A stretch of 64,000 bases of DNA, from NCBI GenBank assembly GCA_002189035.1, contig CM007990.1, positions 1,054,001 to 1,118,000 on the forward strand, written 5' to 3'. Both the position numbers and the translations under genes were made by a program. Shown here in pieces: positions 38,363 through 50,841 of the stretch. Under the pieces are notes generated by a model. The model was not told the DNA's origin and did no database searches. It was given only the letters and a program-made list of their open reading frames with translations. The DNA is from Utricularia gibba (Eukaryota > Plantae > Magnoliophyta). Position 1 is the first letter of the stretch. Each line of letters begins with the position of its first letter.

Positions 38363-38584
38363 TCAAACCATTTTCAGTTCAGATGCCAACAACTGGAAAG
38401 GAGAACTGAAGGTTATAGGTTCGAAACAACCGGAATCATGATGTTTCTTCAAATCATCGGATGGCGCACCTTGATTTGCACCTTCCATTTTATGTTCTCG
38501 AGCCGTCTTTGGCTTTGTCTTCCAAGTTTTCTTTTTTACCGGCTCAGTTTCACTGAGCAAATGAACCGTGAATGATTCATCCAT
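38363..38584 (-). pseudogene. truncated relic of a plant twin-CX9C (CHCH, putatively Mic19-like) protein gene
   Basis: 73-aa ORF MDESFTVHLLSETEPVKKKTWKTKPKTAREHK...SDD...ASELKMV* resembles, from memory, the N-terminus MDESFTVQISSNL...KKKT.KPKPK..RE...SDD...NAELEAI of the Arabidopsis At4g12340 family. The coiled coil and CX9C motifs are absent. Confidence 0.5.
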
Positions 38585-39194
38585 CACCCCCCAACAGCTT
38601 CTAGGCACTCTCAAACATTTTCACCTTAAACACTACCAATATGAAGAAGAATCATGGTTGCCAATGCAGCTAGTTCAGCGAACTGAACGTAAGAAAGGAA
38701 TGTCTCGATATCAACCAAATCCTTTCAAACAAGCATAGTGATGAAATATTTCTCAATAACCCAAAAAAAAGGACGCAAGAAAATGCTAAACATCGGTATT
38801 AGGCAACTGTAACCCTTTTTTTTAAAACCATGCTATACGCAAATACAGCAGAAACGCAGACAAAGCAGAAACCTAGGAGTTTCACTCTCGAAAAATACCA
38901 AGCAGCAGTTAGATAGACATCTGCCGTATACACACAGGAGTAAAAGTGCATTTCTTAAACACCAAGCAGATTTTCGAATTCACGAAACTGTAACAATAAA
39001 CCATCGTCGCCTCGATTCATGATCCTCGAGAGAAAAGATCAATACCTCTATACATGATCGCGGCATCCCTCCTTCCTGGACTCGGAGCGTCGAAATTTTC
39101 CGAGATCAAACAGAAGGCACCAGCGAGCCTCTGAAATACCGAGCAAACTGAAGCCCAGGTACACTTATCTATCCCACGGGCTACTAGGCCTTTA

Positions 39195-39270
39195 TGGGCC
39201 GGACACGACGGACTCAATTGAAGAAAGCCCAAATACAAATATCAGACACGTTGCCAAATGCCAAGGCCCA
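39195..39270. promoter_or_regulatory. site II cluster in a probable bidirectional promoter
   Basis: TGGGCC at 39195, AGCCCA at 39226, GGCCCA at 39265, between the minus-strand CHCH-like relic leader and TL20.3. Confidence 0.5.
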
Positions 39271-39446
39271 TAGAATTGTTTTTGACCACATTTTGAAAAT
39301 AGAATATGAAAACTGTTTAATTTATATTAATAAATTTCCGGTAATTATGATGAACACGAATCAGCTCATCATCTCTGCGTTGATTTCAGCCAGAAAATCA
39401 TGATATCAAGGGACACGGCGTGGTGACGAGAAATCCATATACAAAA

Positions 39447-40911
39447 ATGAGTCTTGCTCCAGTTTCTACAGTTCACTTGAAATGGGTTTCTCCCTCCTCT
39501 GTTCCTAGAAGGTCACTAAATTCCATCAGCAGTCCTTGCAGAACAATCTCTGTCACTTGCTGTTGCTCAAATCAGCTGAACCCGAACTGCAATCCGGGTA
39601 CATGGATTCCCTTTTGTAGAATCAATGCTTGAATCTGCTTACTGTATGTTGATTGTTGGTTTCTTGTTTTCAAGTTGGATCAAATGGCTTAATTGGCAAC
39701 TGGGTGTTTGTTATTTTTGTATGAACTGAATGTTTGGATTGGGAAAATGCAGAACAAAAGGGGTTGAGGAGGCTGTTATCAAGTGCCATTGCTGCTGCTT
39801 TTGTTGCGTTTAGTACATCAGATTTATCGGCATTTGCTGATTTGAATAAATATGAAGCCGAAACCCGGGGTGAATTCGGGATTGGTTCAGCAGCACAGTT
39901 CGGCTCTGCAGATCTCAAGTGTGTTTTCTATGCGAATTGTGTGAAACAGCATGGTCTCAGAAAACTGATGTGAATTCTGTTTGTTCTTTTGCAGGAAAGC
40001 AGTCCATGTCAATGAAAATTTCAGGTTCATTCTTGTTCCATCACTTTGTCGTAGTGATCTGCCCTGCGTGAAACAAGAAAAGGGTTAACGCTTCATTGAT
40101 CAAAGTACCCATTGTGATGCAGACGAGCAAATTTCACATCTGCTGATATGAGGGAATCAGATTTCAGTGGCTCTACTTTCAATGGTGCTTATCTAGAAAA
40201 AGCAGTAGCATATAAAGCAAACTTTACAGGTACTTATTCAATGGTTTTCCAAAATGGGGTACCTTCATCTTTCTACCTTCATTCATGGCTGGTTTCTTCT
40301 CTCCTAGGTGCTGACCTGAGTGACACACTAATGGATCGCATGGTAAGCAAGACAAGGGAATCCCCCATGGTTTAAGTGCCTTTGCATGATCAAATTTCTG
40401 CCCTGCGTGCAGGTTCTGAATGAAGCTAATCTTACCAATGCTGTGCTTGTTAGATCAGTTCTAACACGCAGTGATCTGGGCGGAGCTATAATCGAGGGAG
40501 CTGATTTCAGCGATGCTGTCATAGACCTTACTCAGAAGCAGGTGCTACTTCATCAACAGTCACCTCTTTCGCATTTCTGTTTTCTCTGCTCACCCCCTTC
40601 ACAAATAGCCATCTTGCTCAGTCTACTGCTAGCATGCATTTTACCTTCAAGTAGCGTGGTTATCTTGCTCTGTTCCTGGTTCAAACTATGAATTCCTTAC
40701 ACTGTGGGAATGTGTTCAGGCTCTCTGCAAGTACGCCAGTGGAACCAATCCCACGACTGGAGTAAGCACTAGGAAAAGCCTTGGCTGTGGGAACAGCAAA
40801 CGCAATGCGTACGGCTCTCCGTCTTCTCCCCTGCTGAGTGCTCCTCCGCAGAAAATCCTGGATCGGGATGGCTTTTGTGACTCAGCTACTGGCCTTTGTG
40901 ATGCTAGCTGA
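39447..40911 (+). CDS. TL20.3: thylakoid lumenal pentapeptide-repeat protein TL20.3, multi-exon
   Basis: Bipartite transit peptide ending AFA/DLNKYEAETRGEFGIGSAAQFGSADL, pentapeptide repeats (ANFTSADMRESDFSGSTFNGAYLEKA...), ends LDRDGFCDSATGLCDAS*. Confidence 0.95.
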
Positions 40912-41166
40912 CCAGCAATGAAGCCCCCCAGTTAAAGACCTGGAGACATTTGATGGCCATGGACACCCTCCAGTCCGGTCTCAAGAACTTCAAACCTCCA
41001 AATTCTCTGGGAGTCAGACGCACCGAGTGTTGAATATATGTTCATATGTAGACAGATGCTTTTTCTGTGAATTCAAAATTCTGATTTTGGTGAATGCAAG
41101 TCGCCGCCAACCACCTCGGAGCTTTTGAAAAACGACACTTGACGATGCATTCGGCACCGGGCTTTG

Positions 41167-42927
41167 ATGCTCTCTAATCGACGCTCATGCTCTCTATTCT
41201 TTTTACACAGAGGTGCTCAGGTACTTCCCCGTCGGAGACAGTTGTCCGGGCAATTCCACACCAATTTCGGGTCTCCGGGGACATCCGAGCAGAGTTGTGT
41301 AATACCACAAGAGGGGTATGGCGGCGGAAGTTCGAAGTTCCTTTCCGGTTGTGAACTAAATTCATATGACATTCGTCACCTAATCAGCGTTTGTGCGTAC
41401 TCCGGCCTGTTCTGTTCCGGAGAGCAGGTTCACTGTCATGTTCTGAAAGCAGGGTTGAACTCCAACGCGTTTGTTTCGACAGCTTTGATAAATTTCTACG
41501 CCAAGTTCGAGCTCCTTCGTCCTGCACATCAGGTGTTTGTTGAAATTCCTGACCCAAATTTGGTTTCTTGGAACTCTCTCCTTTCAGGGTATGTACACTG
41601 TGGGCGGTTTCAAAAGGCTTTGGAATGGTTTCATCACCTAGAAAAATCCTCTCATCGCGCTGATGCCTATTCGATCACTGCAGTTTTGTCTGTTTGTGGG
41701 CAGATGAAGTTGGTTACATTGGGAAGAACTCTGCACTCCAGGAGCCTGAAACTAGGCTATGAGTGCTCCACTTTTGTTGCCAACTGCTTGATTGGCATGT
41801 ATGGGAAGTGTGGCTGTGTTGCAGAAGCATCTGCCGTCTTTGAAGGCATGCTTCTCAGGGACACCATTTCCTGGAACTCCTTCTTGTCAGCAAATGCAAG
41901 AAACGGGGAGCTTGATCTGGCCTTCCACATATTTCATCAGATGCCAAATCTTGACACAATAGCCTACAATGAACTGATCAGCTCCATTGCACAGTTTGGA
42001 GTGATAGATGATGCCATTTCCTTGATGGCCACAATGCCGACCCCAAATTCATCTTCTTGGAACTCCATAGTCTCCGGGTACGTAAACAGAAACAGAGCCA
42101 CAGAAGCTTTAGAATTCTTTACCAGAATGCACTCTGCAGATGTTGCTATGGATGAGTTCACATTCTCAAGCATTTTGAGTGGCATTGCAAGCTTGTCAGC
42201 CCTCACACCAGGAGATTCAACCCATTGCTGTGTGATCAAGATTGGCTTAAACAGACATGTTATCGTGGGAACAGCTCTCCTAGACATGTATTTCAAATGT
42301 GGGAAGATCAAGGAAGCAGAAGCAGTGTTCCAGTCTCTACCGGAGAGAAACCTGATCACATGGAACTCCATGATATCTGGATATGCAAACCATGGCGATT
42401 CAACCAAAGCAATAAAGCTTTTTCATGAACTAAGATCAAGGGAAGACGATGATGGTATACAGCCTGATGAAATCACTTTCCTTAATGTTCTCCTCTCCTG
42501 TTGGAACAACAAGATCATCCCACTCAATACCGCAAGCCTTTACTTCGAAATGATGCTCTCCGAATACAAGATTCGTCCCATGGCAGAGCACTCCTGTCTG
42601 ATCATCAAGCTCATGGGCAGAGAGGGAGACTTGAGCAGCGCAGTGAGGATGATACATGAACTAGGGCACGAGGAGTGCGGAACAGTGTGGGAGACGTTGC
42701 TCGGCGCAGCTGTGACGTGTGGTGACGTGAAGGTAGCAGAAACAGCGGCTAGAAAGTCCATCGAATTGGGGACTGATAACGAGTATACGTACATATCGTT
42801 GTCGAATGTGTACGCCGGGCACGGAAAATGGGAAGACGTCGGTGGCATCAGAAGGCTGATGAAGACGATGAAGTTCAGAAAGGATTGTGGTTGCAGTTGG
42901 ATTCAGGCAGACTCCTCGGGAAACTAA
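41167..42927 (+). CDS. PLS-class, E-subgroup pentatricopeptide repeat protein, intronless
   Basis: Repeated MYGKCG/VSWNS(L/M)I.GY PPR motifs, C-terminal E domain LSNVYAGHGKWEDV...RKDCGCSWI, no DYW domain. Confidence 0.93.
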   Translation: MLSNRRSCSLFFLHRGAQVLPRRRQLSGQFHTNFGSPGTSEQSCVIPQEGYGGGSSKFLSGCELNSYDIRHLISVCAYSGLFCSGEQVHCHVLKAGLNSNAFVSTALINFYAKFELLRPAHQVFVEIPDPNLVSWNSLLSGYVHCGRFQKALEWFHHLEKSSHRADAYSITAVLSVCGQMKLVTLGRTLHSRSLKLGYECSTFVANCLIGMYGKCGCVAEASAVFEGMLLRDTISWNSFLSANARNGELDLAFHIFHQMPNLDTIAYNELISSIAQFGVIDDAISLMATMPTPNSSSWNSIVSGYVNRNRATEALEFFTRMHSADVAMDEFTFSSILSGIASLSALTPGDSTHCCVIKIGLNRHVIVGTALLDMYFKCGKIKEAEAVFQSLPERNLITWNSMISGYANHGDSTKAIKLFHELRSREDDDGIQPDEITFLNVLLSCWNNKIIPLNTASLYFEMMLSEYKIRPMAEHSCLIIKLMGREGDLSSAVRMIHELGHEECGTVWETLLGAAVTCGDVKVAETAARKSIELGTDNEYTYISLSNVYAGHGKWEDVGGIRRLMKTMKFRKDCGCSWIQADSSGN

Positions 42928-43118
42928 ACCCTCCAATTGATTTGTTCCTATAAATTCATTTGCTAGATAAATATATTATTTTATAAAATATTTCAATTTA
43001 ATCTTTTGTCTGAATTTTTTCAATTAACAAGCACAAATAATTTAAATAAATCATTTCGGAAAGATTTCTATAAATTTGTTCTGTTGGAGGACACGCGCGT
43101 CCGTCTGGGTGTCTGCCA

Positions 43119-46100
43119 TTATATGTAAGCATGCGCTTCGCATTCAGCTGCGACCAGCAAAGCTTTACGAACTCCAGGACACGGGTCGCCGAATCGTCTG
43201 TGTGATGCATGAAGCGAGCACACGTTCTGGCCTAAACAAGCCTGCCACATTTAAGAAAGAACAGATCAGCATGCTCCACAGAAGCAATTACATGCAAAAA
43301 CAAGGAGAGGAAGAGGGAAGCTTGCCTTCTCCACTATCAATCTGGAGGTTCCCGAGTGACAGTTACCCTGAGTGTAGTTACTGCAATCTCCTGTGGGGTT
43401 TCCAAAACTCGCAAACACGACTTTGGAGATGAGTTTACCAGGAGGGCATTTGAGGCGAATCCTGCCGCTTTGGTCACAGTGTTTACTCCTTGAAACGGCT
43501 CCATTTCCTGACTCTGTTGCGTGTCCACACACTTGTGTTACTGAGACAGTGTCAACTGTTATGCCAAGAGGATTGCCGGCTTCTTCTTCGAAGATCACTA
43601 GCAGGTTGTCTCTGGGCTTGAGGAAGGATCTTGGGATATGATACCTGGAATGATAAGACATGCTCATGTGCACTTGAGGTTTAATTACGTAGTATGGGAT
43701 CATACCATGTTTGTGAGGTAGAGCCATCGGGTTTATGGAAGGAGATCCAGTAACGGCCAATGTTTTGGCCATTTATCCAGGCTTCACCCTTACCCATGGA
43801 GGCAAGGTTCAGTGCCACCGGATGATAACCAGATGGGGCATCGAAATTCGACTGTCAACAATGGAATCAGATTGTGTTAATGGTTCAGGATGAGAATAAA
43901 TGTGCTGCAAATTTAGCTTACCTTGTACCATGTTAATGGCTGGGAAACCAAACTGTATTTGTTCCAGTTTGCTACAGAAGACCCGTACTCTGAGAAATAC
44001 TCCAATTTTTCTCCTAGTAATCCTACCTGTAGCATAATTTGAGAGTGATTATTAGAGGGAAGTGTAAACTGTGTTTGCACTCAACATACCTGATATCCCC
44101 ATGAATAGTTTGTTAGATCTTTTACAATTTGATTTTCTTGGATGCTGACACTCGACAAACCAGCTGCTCTCTTCTCCATATATGCCCCTGAATCCTGTAG
44201 TTATAAATGTAGCAGAAAAGGATTTGAATGCTAATTTGTTTTCGATGGCAGAATATATGGCATGAGAGAAAATTAAGAAATTACCGGTAATCCAACCATG
44301 GAACTAAGCAGAGAGATGTTCTGAATTCCATTCATGAATTGTGTGCTTGTTTGAAGAACGAATCCTGATCTTCGGTGAGCACCATGAGACGATCCTGAGG
44401 CGAAACAGACAGTTACTAGATATCTCTCGAGAGGTTTTGGTGCCTGCTCGTGTTGTGGTACCTATGAGCTCTCCATTTGCAAACACACTTAAAGCATGTC
44501 CCTTCGAAGTTATTGTTATCACTGTCCGTGAGGAATCTGTTTTCTCGTAGCTGGGAGGGGAGACACCAATAAATCTGTTGGATGGTGGCGCAACGGAGAA
44601 ATATGGAGCTGATTCTTGAAACATTTCAGGTTTACCTGGTGGTGTACCACAAATAATCTGAGAAATCTTTGGTAGTATTCATCTGCTCCAACAACAAATT
44701 GGATCGTGTCAAGGTGTCGTCGTATCCCGGAACTGGTTCACTGATTTGTCTCCACATTTCTGTTGAATCCAACTTCAGAGCTGGCTGTCTTGCTCTTGTG
44801 CTAAACTGGGTGTTTACCTGTACGAAACCAAGAAACTTGCTTTTCATCTTACACTGTTCCACACACTTGTCTGATCAAATCTGATATTTACCTTCGCCGT
44901 GTTAAAGACTTCAGCTTGGCAGTCAGGTAGGATGCTAATCGACTTGGGTGGAAGATGATACGTCGCATTCCGAAATTCTATCGCTGCTTCCTCTCCAGAT
45001 TCATTCACTAGAATGGCTGCACATTCTTCACTCTCTCCAGTGTATACAAAGACCTGTTACGTGGAGAATGAAAGGCCTAGTTAGCAGTCCTCTGCAACGA
45101 ACAACTATACAAGACAGTAAATTTCCTTCTTACTTGCTGATTTTCTCCTATAGAGAAGACGGACTTCGCTCCATGCAGCAACAAATCCGAGCACAGCTTT
45201 ATTGCTGTATGCAGCTCCTTGAGATGGCCCCACATCGGCTGATTGATCAAACCTGTTGCAGGTACAAGGAACATCAATCCCTGATCATGTTCATTGTGCA
45301 CCTCACACGAACTGTACATAAGAGTACTGCTTCTGCAGTATACCATACTCATCCAACGGTGCATGATCATAATAGCTTGTGGTCACGAATTCAGATCCAC
45401 TCCTTCCGAAGTTCGTCCCGCCATGGTACTACAACACAGAAGATAACAGACTTGAGTTGACAGCACCAGATGCTATGACCTTTAGGGAGGAGGCAGGTTT
45501 TAATTCCATCCACCATATAGTAGTTTATGTAGCTTCCATTCTTTCTAACAATGAATAGTGCAGCATGGTATGCAATGTCCTCTGGCTTTCGCGTCCTCGT
45601 CGCATTACCATAAACTTCGAATCTGCAATTTCGTGCATCTTGTTCATGGCTGGGAACATACAGTTACGATCAATGCCACGGGTGTTGAAGAAACAAGAGG
45701 TATTACACTTGTGTCCAGTTTTCCGTCCAGAGTGCTGGTTTGTTTGGTGAATTTGGGCCGGCGAATGTCTCTCCACAGATCAGTCCATTGCATGCATTGA
45801 TCTGCATTATTTTCTTAATATGAGAAACTTTGAATGGCTTATCATCCACTTTCATGAAATTGGAAGGCTCATTAGCACTTGGGCCCAGACGTCGTACCAC
45901 TGGATCGGGCGCATCATCTTGCTTGCACATGACCCAGGGGACGCCCGTTTCAAGCCCCACCGCCATCTCCGCTGCCCATTGGACATACCGCTGGCCTCCC
46001 TCGTGGAACGCCCTCTCCACATTCTGGTATTCATTCTCTATCTGCCCAATCAGGCAAAACATGTGACCACTGCATTTGGCACCTTCCCGAAGCATGCGCA

Positions 46101-46984
46101 ATTCAAAGAAGTACCTGGGTGAGAATGATGGGTCCTCCTTGTGAAGCGAACAAGCCCTCCGACTTCATCAAGCTGACTACCTTGGTCACAAAGCTTTTCA
46201 TATAATCCTAAAACAGAAAAAAACATTATCCTCCTTTCCCCCGACAGAACGGCTTTCCTCATTTCTAAATCACCTTGTACGGCTCGTTGTCTGTTCTAAA
46301 TACAATTCCTGGCACATCATGCAGCCAAAACGGCAACGCTCTGTGCAAAAACGAAAGCCGTGAGCTAGAAAGTTGAAGGGACCATGACATCAACGTTGGC
46401 CTATTTTCTTCGCATGAGATTTCACGTTACCCATACGACCATTCGCCTTCGATGAACGGACCGATTCGAAGACATACGTACAGCCCTTCTGCGTGGACTT
46501 GCTTGATGAACCCCACCAGATCGTTTCTTCCATTGAAATCATACTGAGAAGTGCAATCAACATAAACAAATCTCATATTTCCCATAATTTTAACTGCTCC
46601 AGCTTCAGATATATACAAATTCACCAAAACGTAACAGGTGCTACACGAACCTGGCCAGGCTTGGGTTCGTGAAGATTCCAGAAGACATAGGTATCGATCG
46701 CGCTGAGCCCCCCACGCTTAGCTTGCTTTATCAACAACGGCCACATCTGCTTAAATACGCCACCCTTAGTTTCCCTTCGGGATAATTCACCGATGTGGGA
46801 TACTGTACATTACAAGAAAATGACGTACATCCGGAGTGCTTCGTGGATAATGAATTGACCCGGAAAAGATTAGCCTCCTGCTCCCCTGAATAATCAACGA
46901 TCTCGCATCGTAGTCGACTCCGACGCCCTCGCCGGCGACCGCCGTCAACGCGGCAGCGAGAACAACCCACCACCACGCCGGCAT
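43119..46984 (-). CDS. GH35 beta-galactosidase with C-terminal SUEL-type lectin domain (BGAL16-like), about 19 exons
   Basis: [79 protein letters not shown]...[18 protein letters not shown]. All exons traced in frame. Confidence 0.94.
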
Positions 46985-48888
46985 TGCTATCTCAACTAGC
47001 ACTCCTTTCCCTGATCCACCCTTTAAACCAACGCAAGAAACAGCAACAAGGGAAGAAAGACACACGCAATGGGAACAAAGAAATGGAATCTTTTTGCCCT
47101 GAAAACCGGCAAATGAGAATTCTCCAAATGTGGACTGGGTGGCGGTTGGGAGATCCCTCCGGCGTGACTTATCAGACTACAACACACTGACACGCCTTCT
47201 TGCCCCTGGTTCATCCATCGGAGAAGGCTATTTAAGTGCACATGCACGGAATCTTGAAGCGATCATGAGAGCTACTTTAGGTTACCTTAAAAACTGAAGA
47301 GATGCTCCTCATTTATGGCTTTTTGTACTATGGGATATGCGCGCATCCCCAGCGCACTCAGGGAACCAATTTTGAGGCACTTGTTATGGAATCATGCTAT
47401 AAATACCCATTCCCAGTTGATGAACCAGTGAATGGGAATCAATGAAACATTCCATTTCCACTGTGTACAAAGCAAGGCTAGGATTTTATACCAAAACATC
47501 ATAATGTTTGTAGGATTGCTTAGTAAAATGTTTTAATCTTTTTAAAAATTAATATCAATTTTAATTTTAATAATTACTCAATTCTATTCTATTAGAGTTG
47601 ATTTTTTAAAATTACTCCTATTTTGACAAACGTTTGAGAGAGTACCCGGATTTTTGATAGTTTATTTTGAGATACAAAAATTATAAATATATTCTTATTT
47701 TATATTAATAATTATAATTACTGTCTTTTATTAAATAAGTTGTAATTTTAAAATAAATTTCTTGAAGCTATTTTAATAATATAAAAGGTAATTTATATAT
47801 TACTTCTTAATATAAACGATTTATAAAATATAAATTTTTAATTTATATATTTAAAATGGTATATTAAGAAATATGAATAAATGTGTAATATTTATATAAA
47901 TATCACTTTTTATTTTTCATACTTCAAACATGAATACTTTCAATATAATCATTTTTAAAAATATTATATATTAAATCAAATTCTATCAGAATTTTAAGAA
48001 AGTGATTTTTTCCATAATCTAAACTTGAGTGAGATTAATTTACAAAAAAATTCAATATTTCAAAAAAAACTTGATTATCTTTTATAAAATATGTTATTTG
48101 AAAAATTAATGTTTGATGGAAACATGTTATAATTATCTTTAAATAAAATATTATTAAATATTTAAATTTGAATAATGAATTTATATACTTTATTTTATTT
48201 CTTAATTTTTAGAATTATAATTAATGATTTACACTGCTTTAAATTTTTAATTTTGATTTACTTTTTATTTAAATATAATGCTAAAAATTTCCTATTTTAT
48301 TGAAGAGATCATTATTAACAAAAAGAGGTATAGTTGGGTGAAAAAAAATTTTCAAGTAAAATAATAATAATATATTTCAGATTTTAGAATTAACTAAATC
48401 TATCTTGGTCAAAACTTTATGTTTCATAATAATTCAAAAATTAAATAACAAAATTGTCCAACTATCTAGTCAATGGTACTATTAACTATTATTATCTACC
48501 AGCTATAATTAACACTTATTATCTATTATGAAAGAGGATTTTGAATTCTACCAAATGTGTTGAAATCATTTAATAAACACATTCCATAGTCTGGATAAGG
48601 ATGCATAGAGCTAGTAGTTCATTGTTATTCATGTAAAAGTATTAGTTTTTTAGATAATATTTAATGAATGATATTATCAAGTAGAGTATGTAGTTTTAAA
48701 TAAATCTATGTATATGGAAATAAAAAACTCGTATAATTCTAAGAATTTATTTAAATATACGAAATAAATACCTTATAATTTTTTAAAAATACTATTTAAA
48801 AGTATTATTTTAAATAAATTATGGGAACTAAACACACCATTTTAGCAAATAATAGGGAATTTTGGACTGATTTTGTGAAACGTGATTC

Positions 48889-49325
48889 CACGTGCCAGGC
48901 GCAAGGGCACATCGCAACAAAATGGCGGTCTCTAGAGTTTGGACTAGTGGACTTCCTTCACGCCGAGATTGACCGCCTCCGCCTTAGAATGAGAAACACA
49001 TGGGTCAAATTAGTACACGCGCCCGGTCTAGGAGGTGAGCCCCATCGCCAAAATAGAATATTCTAATTTAGAGATATACGTTGATTTAACACGACACGTG
49101 GCGCTGGTTTTTTAATTCTATTTTCATTTTTTTAAAAAAAAATAGCAGCCGATAACGTCCAAAATGATGACGGAAGCAGTGACCTCTCGCCCACCGCCCC
49201 TTCGGATATCCACGCTCACGCCATGTCCCTCACACACACTCTCTGATCTCTATCTTTCACGTGCTTTACAGTTGCGCTGTTCATGTTGTCACGTGTCCCC
49301 TCTTTGACCCTTTTTATATATATGC
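48889..49325 (+). promoter_or_regulatory. G-box/ABRE cluster plus TATA box of the NAC gene
   Basis: CACGTG at 48889, 49095 (GACACGTGGC), 49258 and 49290; TATATATA around 49315-49322. Confidence 0.65.
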
Positions 49326-49368
49326 GTATCTCTTGAGTGTGTTTTTCTGTCTACTGAAGGAAAGAAAA

Positions 49369-50345
49369 ATGACAACGGCGGCAGTCGATTTGCAGTTACC
49401 GGCGGGTTTCAGGTTCCACCCTACGGACGAAGAGCTCGTGATGCACTACTTGTGTCGAAAATGCGCTTCTCGATCTATTGGTGTACCGATCGTGGCGGAA
49501 ATCAATCTCTACAAGTACGATCCATGGGATCTCCCAGGTAGTATATACTGCGCCATGTCTCTGAGTTTGAGGAGGTATTGGAGGATTTCTGAGATGGATT
49601 TGATGGCGCAGGAATGGCGTTGTACGGGGAAAAGGAATGGTACTTTTTCTCGCCGCGAGATCGCAAGTATCCTAATGGATCTAGGCCGAATCGGTCCGCA
49701 GGATGCGGTTACTGGAAGGCGACCGGCGCGGATAAACCGATCGGAAATCCGAAAACGGTTGGTATAAAGAAGGCGCTGGTGTTTTACTCCGGCAAAGCGC
49801 CGAAAGGCGTGAAAACGAATTGGATTATGCATGAGTATCGCCTCGCCGATGTCGATCGAAAGAAGAGTAACGGCAGCCTTAGGGTAAGTGCACTCTGAAT
49901 TCCACAGAGCATCGGAAACGAAATTGATGGATTCTGATCCCACCTTCCCTGGTGCCTCTTGATTTTCCAGTTGGATGATTGGGTTCTCTGCCGCATATAC
50001 AACAAAAAAGGAAACATCGAGCGGCAGCGGGGCAACAAGAGGCCAACTACCGAAACAACGACAACCACAACAGACAACGACGAGAACGAGCACGTCAGCG
50101 TGACGACAGCAGCAATGGCCTACGACGATTGCCTGTACCTCGACGGATCGGAATCTATCCCGAGTAGCTCAGATCATCCTTCGCCGGAGTCAGCGAGCTT
50201 CCAGAAAGCCGCAGAGTCAGAGTGGGAGAATTTTCTGCTCGAGGGATACCCTGACTTCCAGGGCTATAATCCAGTGGATGACACGCAGGACACTATAGTA
50301 GGGTTTTCGGATTACATCAGCAAGCCATTTGAAATATTGGCATAA
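49369..50345 (+). CDS. ATAF-subgroup NAC transcription factor (ATAF1/ANAC032-like), 3 exons
   Basis: [94 protein letters not shown]. Confidence 0.95.
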
Positions 50346-50607
50346 CCTAGTGACTTCCGCCGCACGCTGCACAGGAGACTCGCGGATGGGGTCGGTGAGT
50401 GTGTATGTATGTTGTGTATGGACATAGTATTGCTCTATGATCAGAAGAACAAATCTATTGTTTAAAAACCCACGAATAATAGAAATTGAATTAATTTTTT
50501 TAATCATTATCTGGATTAAAAAATCATTATAAAGTTCTAAAATCACCTCAACAAAGCAACATCCTTCAATCTGCTAACTCCTACCCTCACAAGGAAAACA
50601 AAACCTT

Positions 50608-50707
50608 GTCACATATGTCACGTCATCATTTTATGCATAAATTGGACAAAAAAGGATACGTCATGTTAAAGCATGATTACATTCATGACGATACGCATGT
50701 GACGTCA
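50608..50707. promoter_or_regulatory. TGACG (TGA/bZIP) motif cluster within an imperfect inverted repeat, downstream of the NAC gene
   Basis: ACGTCA at 50620 and 50658, TGACG at 50686, TGACGTCA at 50700. Arms 50608-50626 and 50685-50703 match at 15 of 19 positions. Confidence 0.45.
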
Positions 50708-50841
50708 TGGGTGTGAACACAAGAATAAAAAGGAGAGATTCCTCGTAATTAAAGGGAAAACTCCAAATGTAAATTTGTCGGGTTGTGGGGATGACAGCAG
50801 CAGCATATGCGAATGAATACATGGGGAAGAGGACAGATTTC

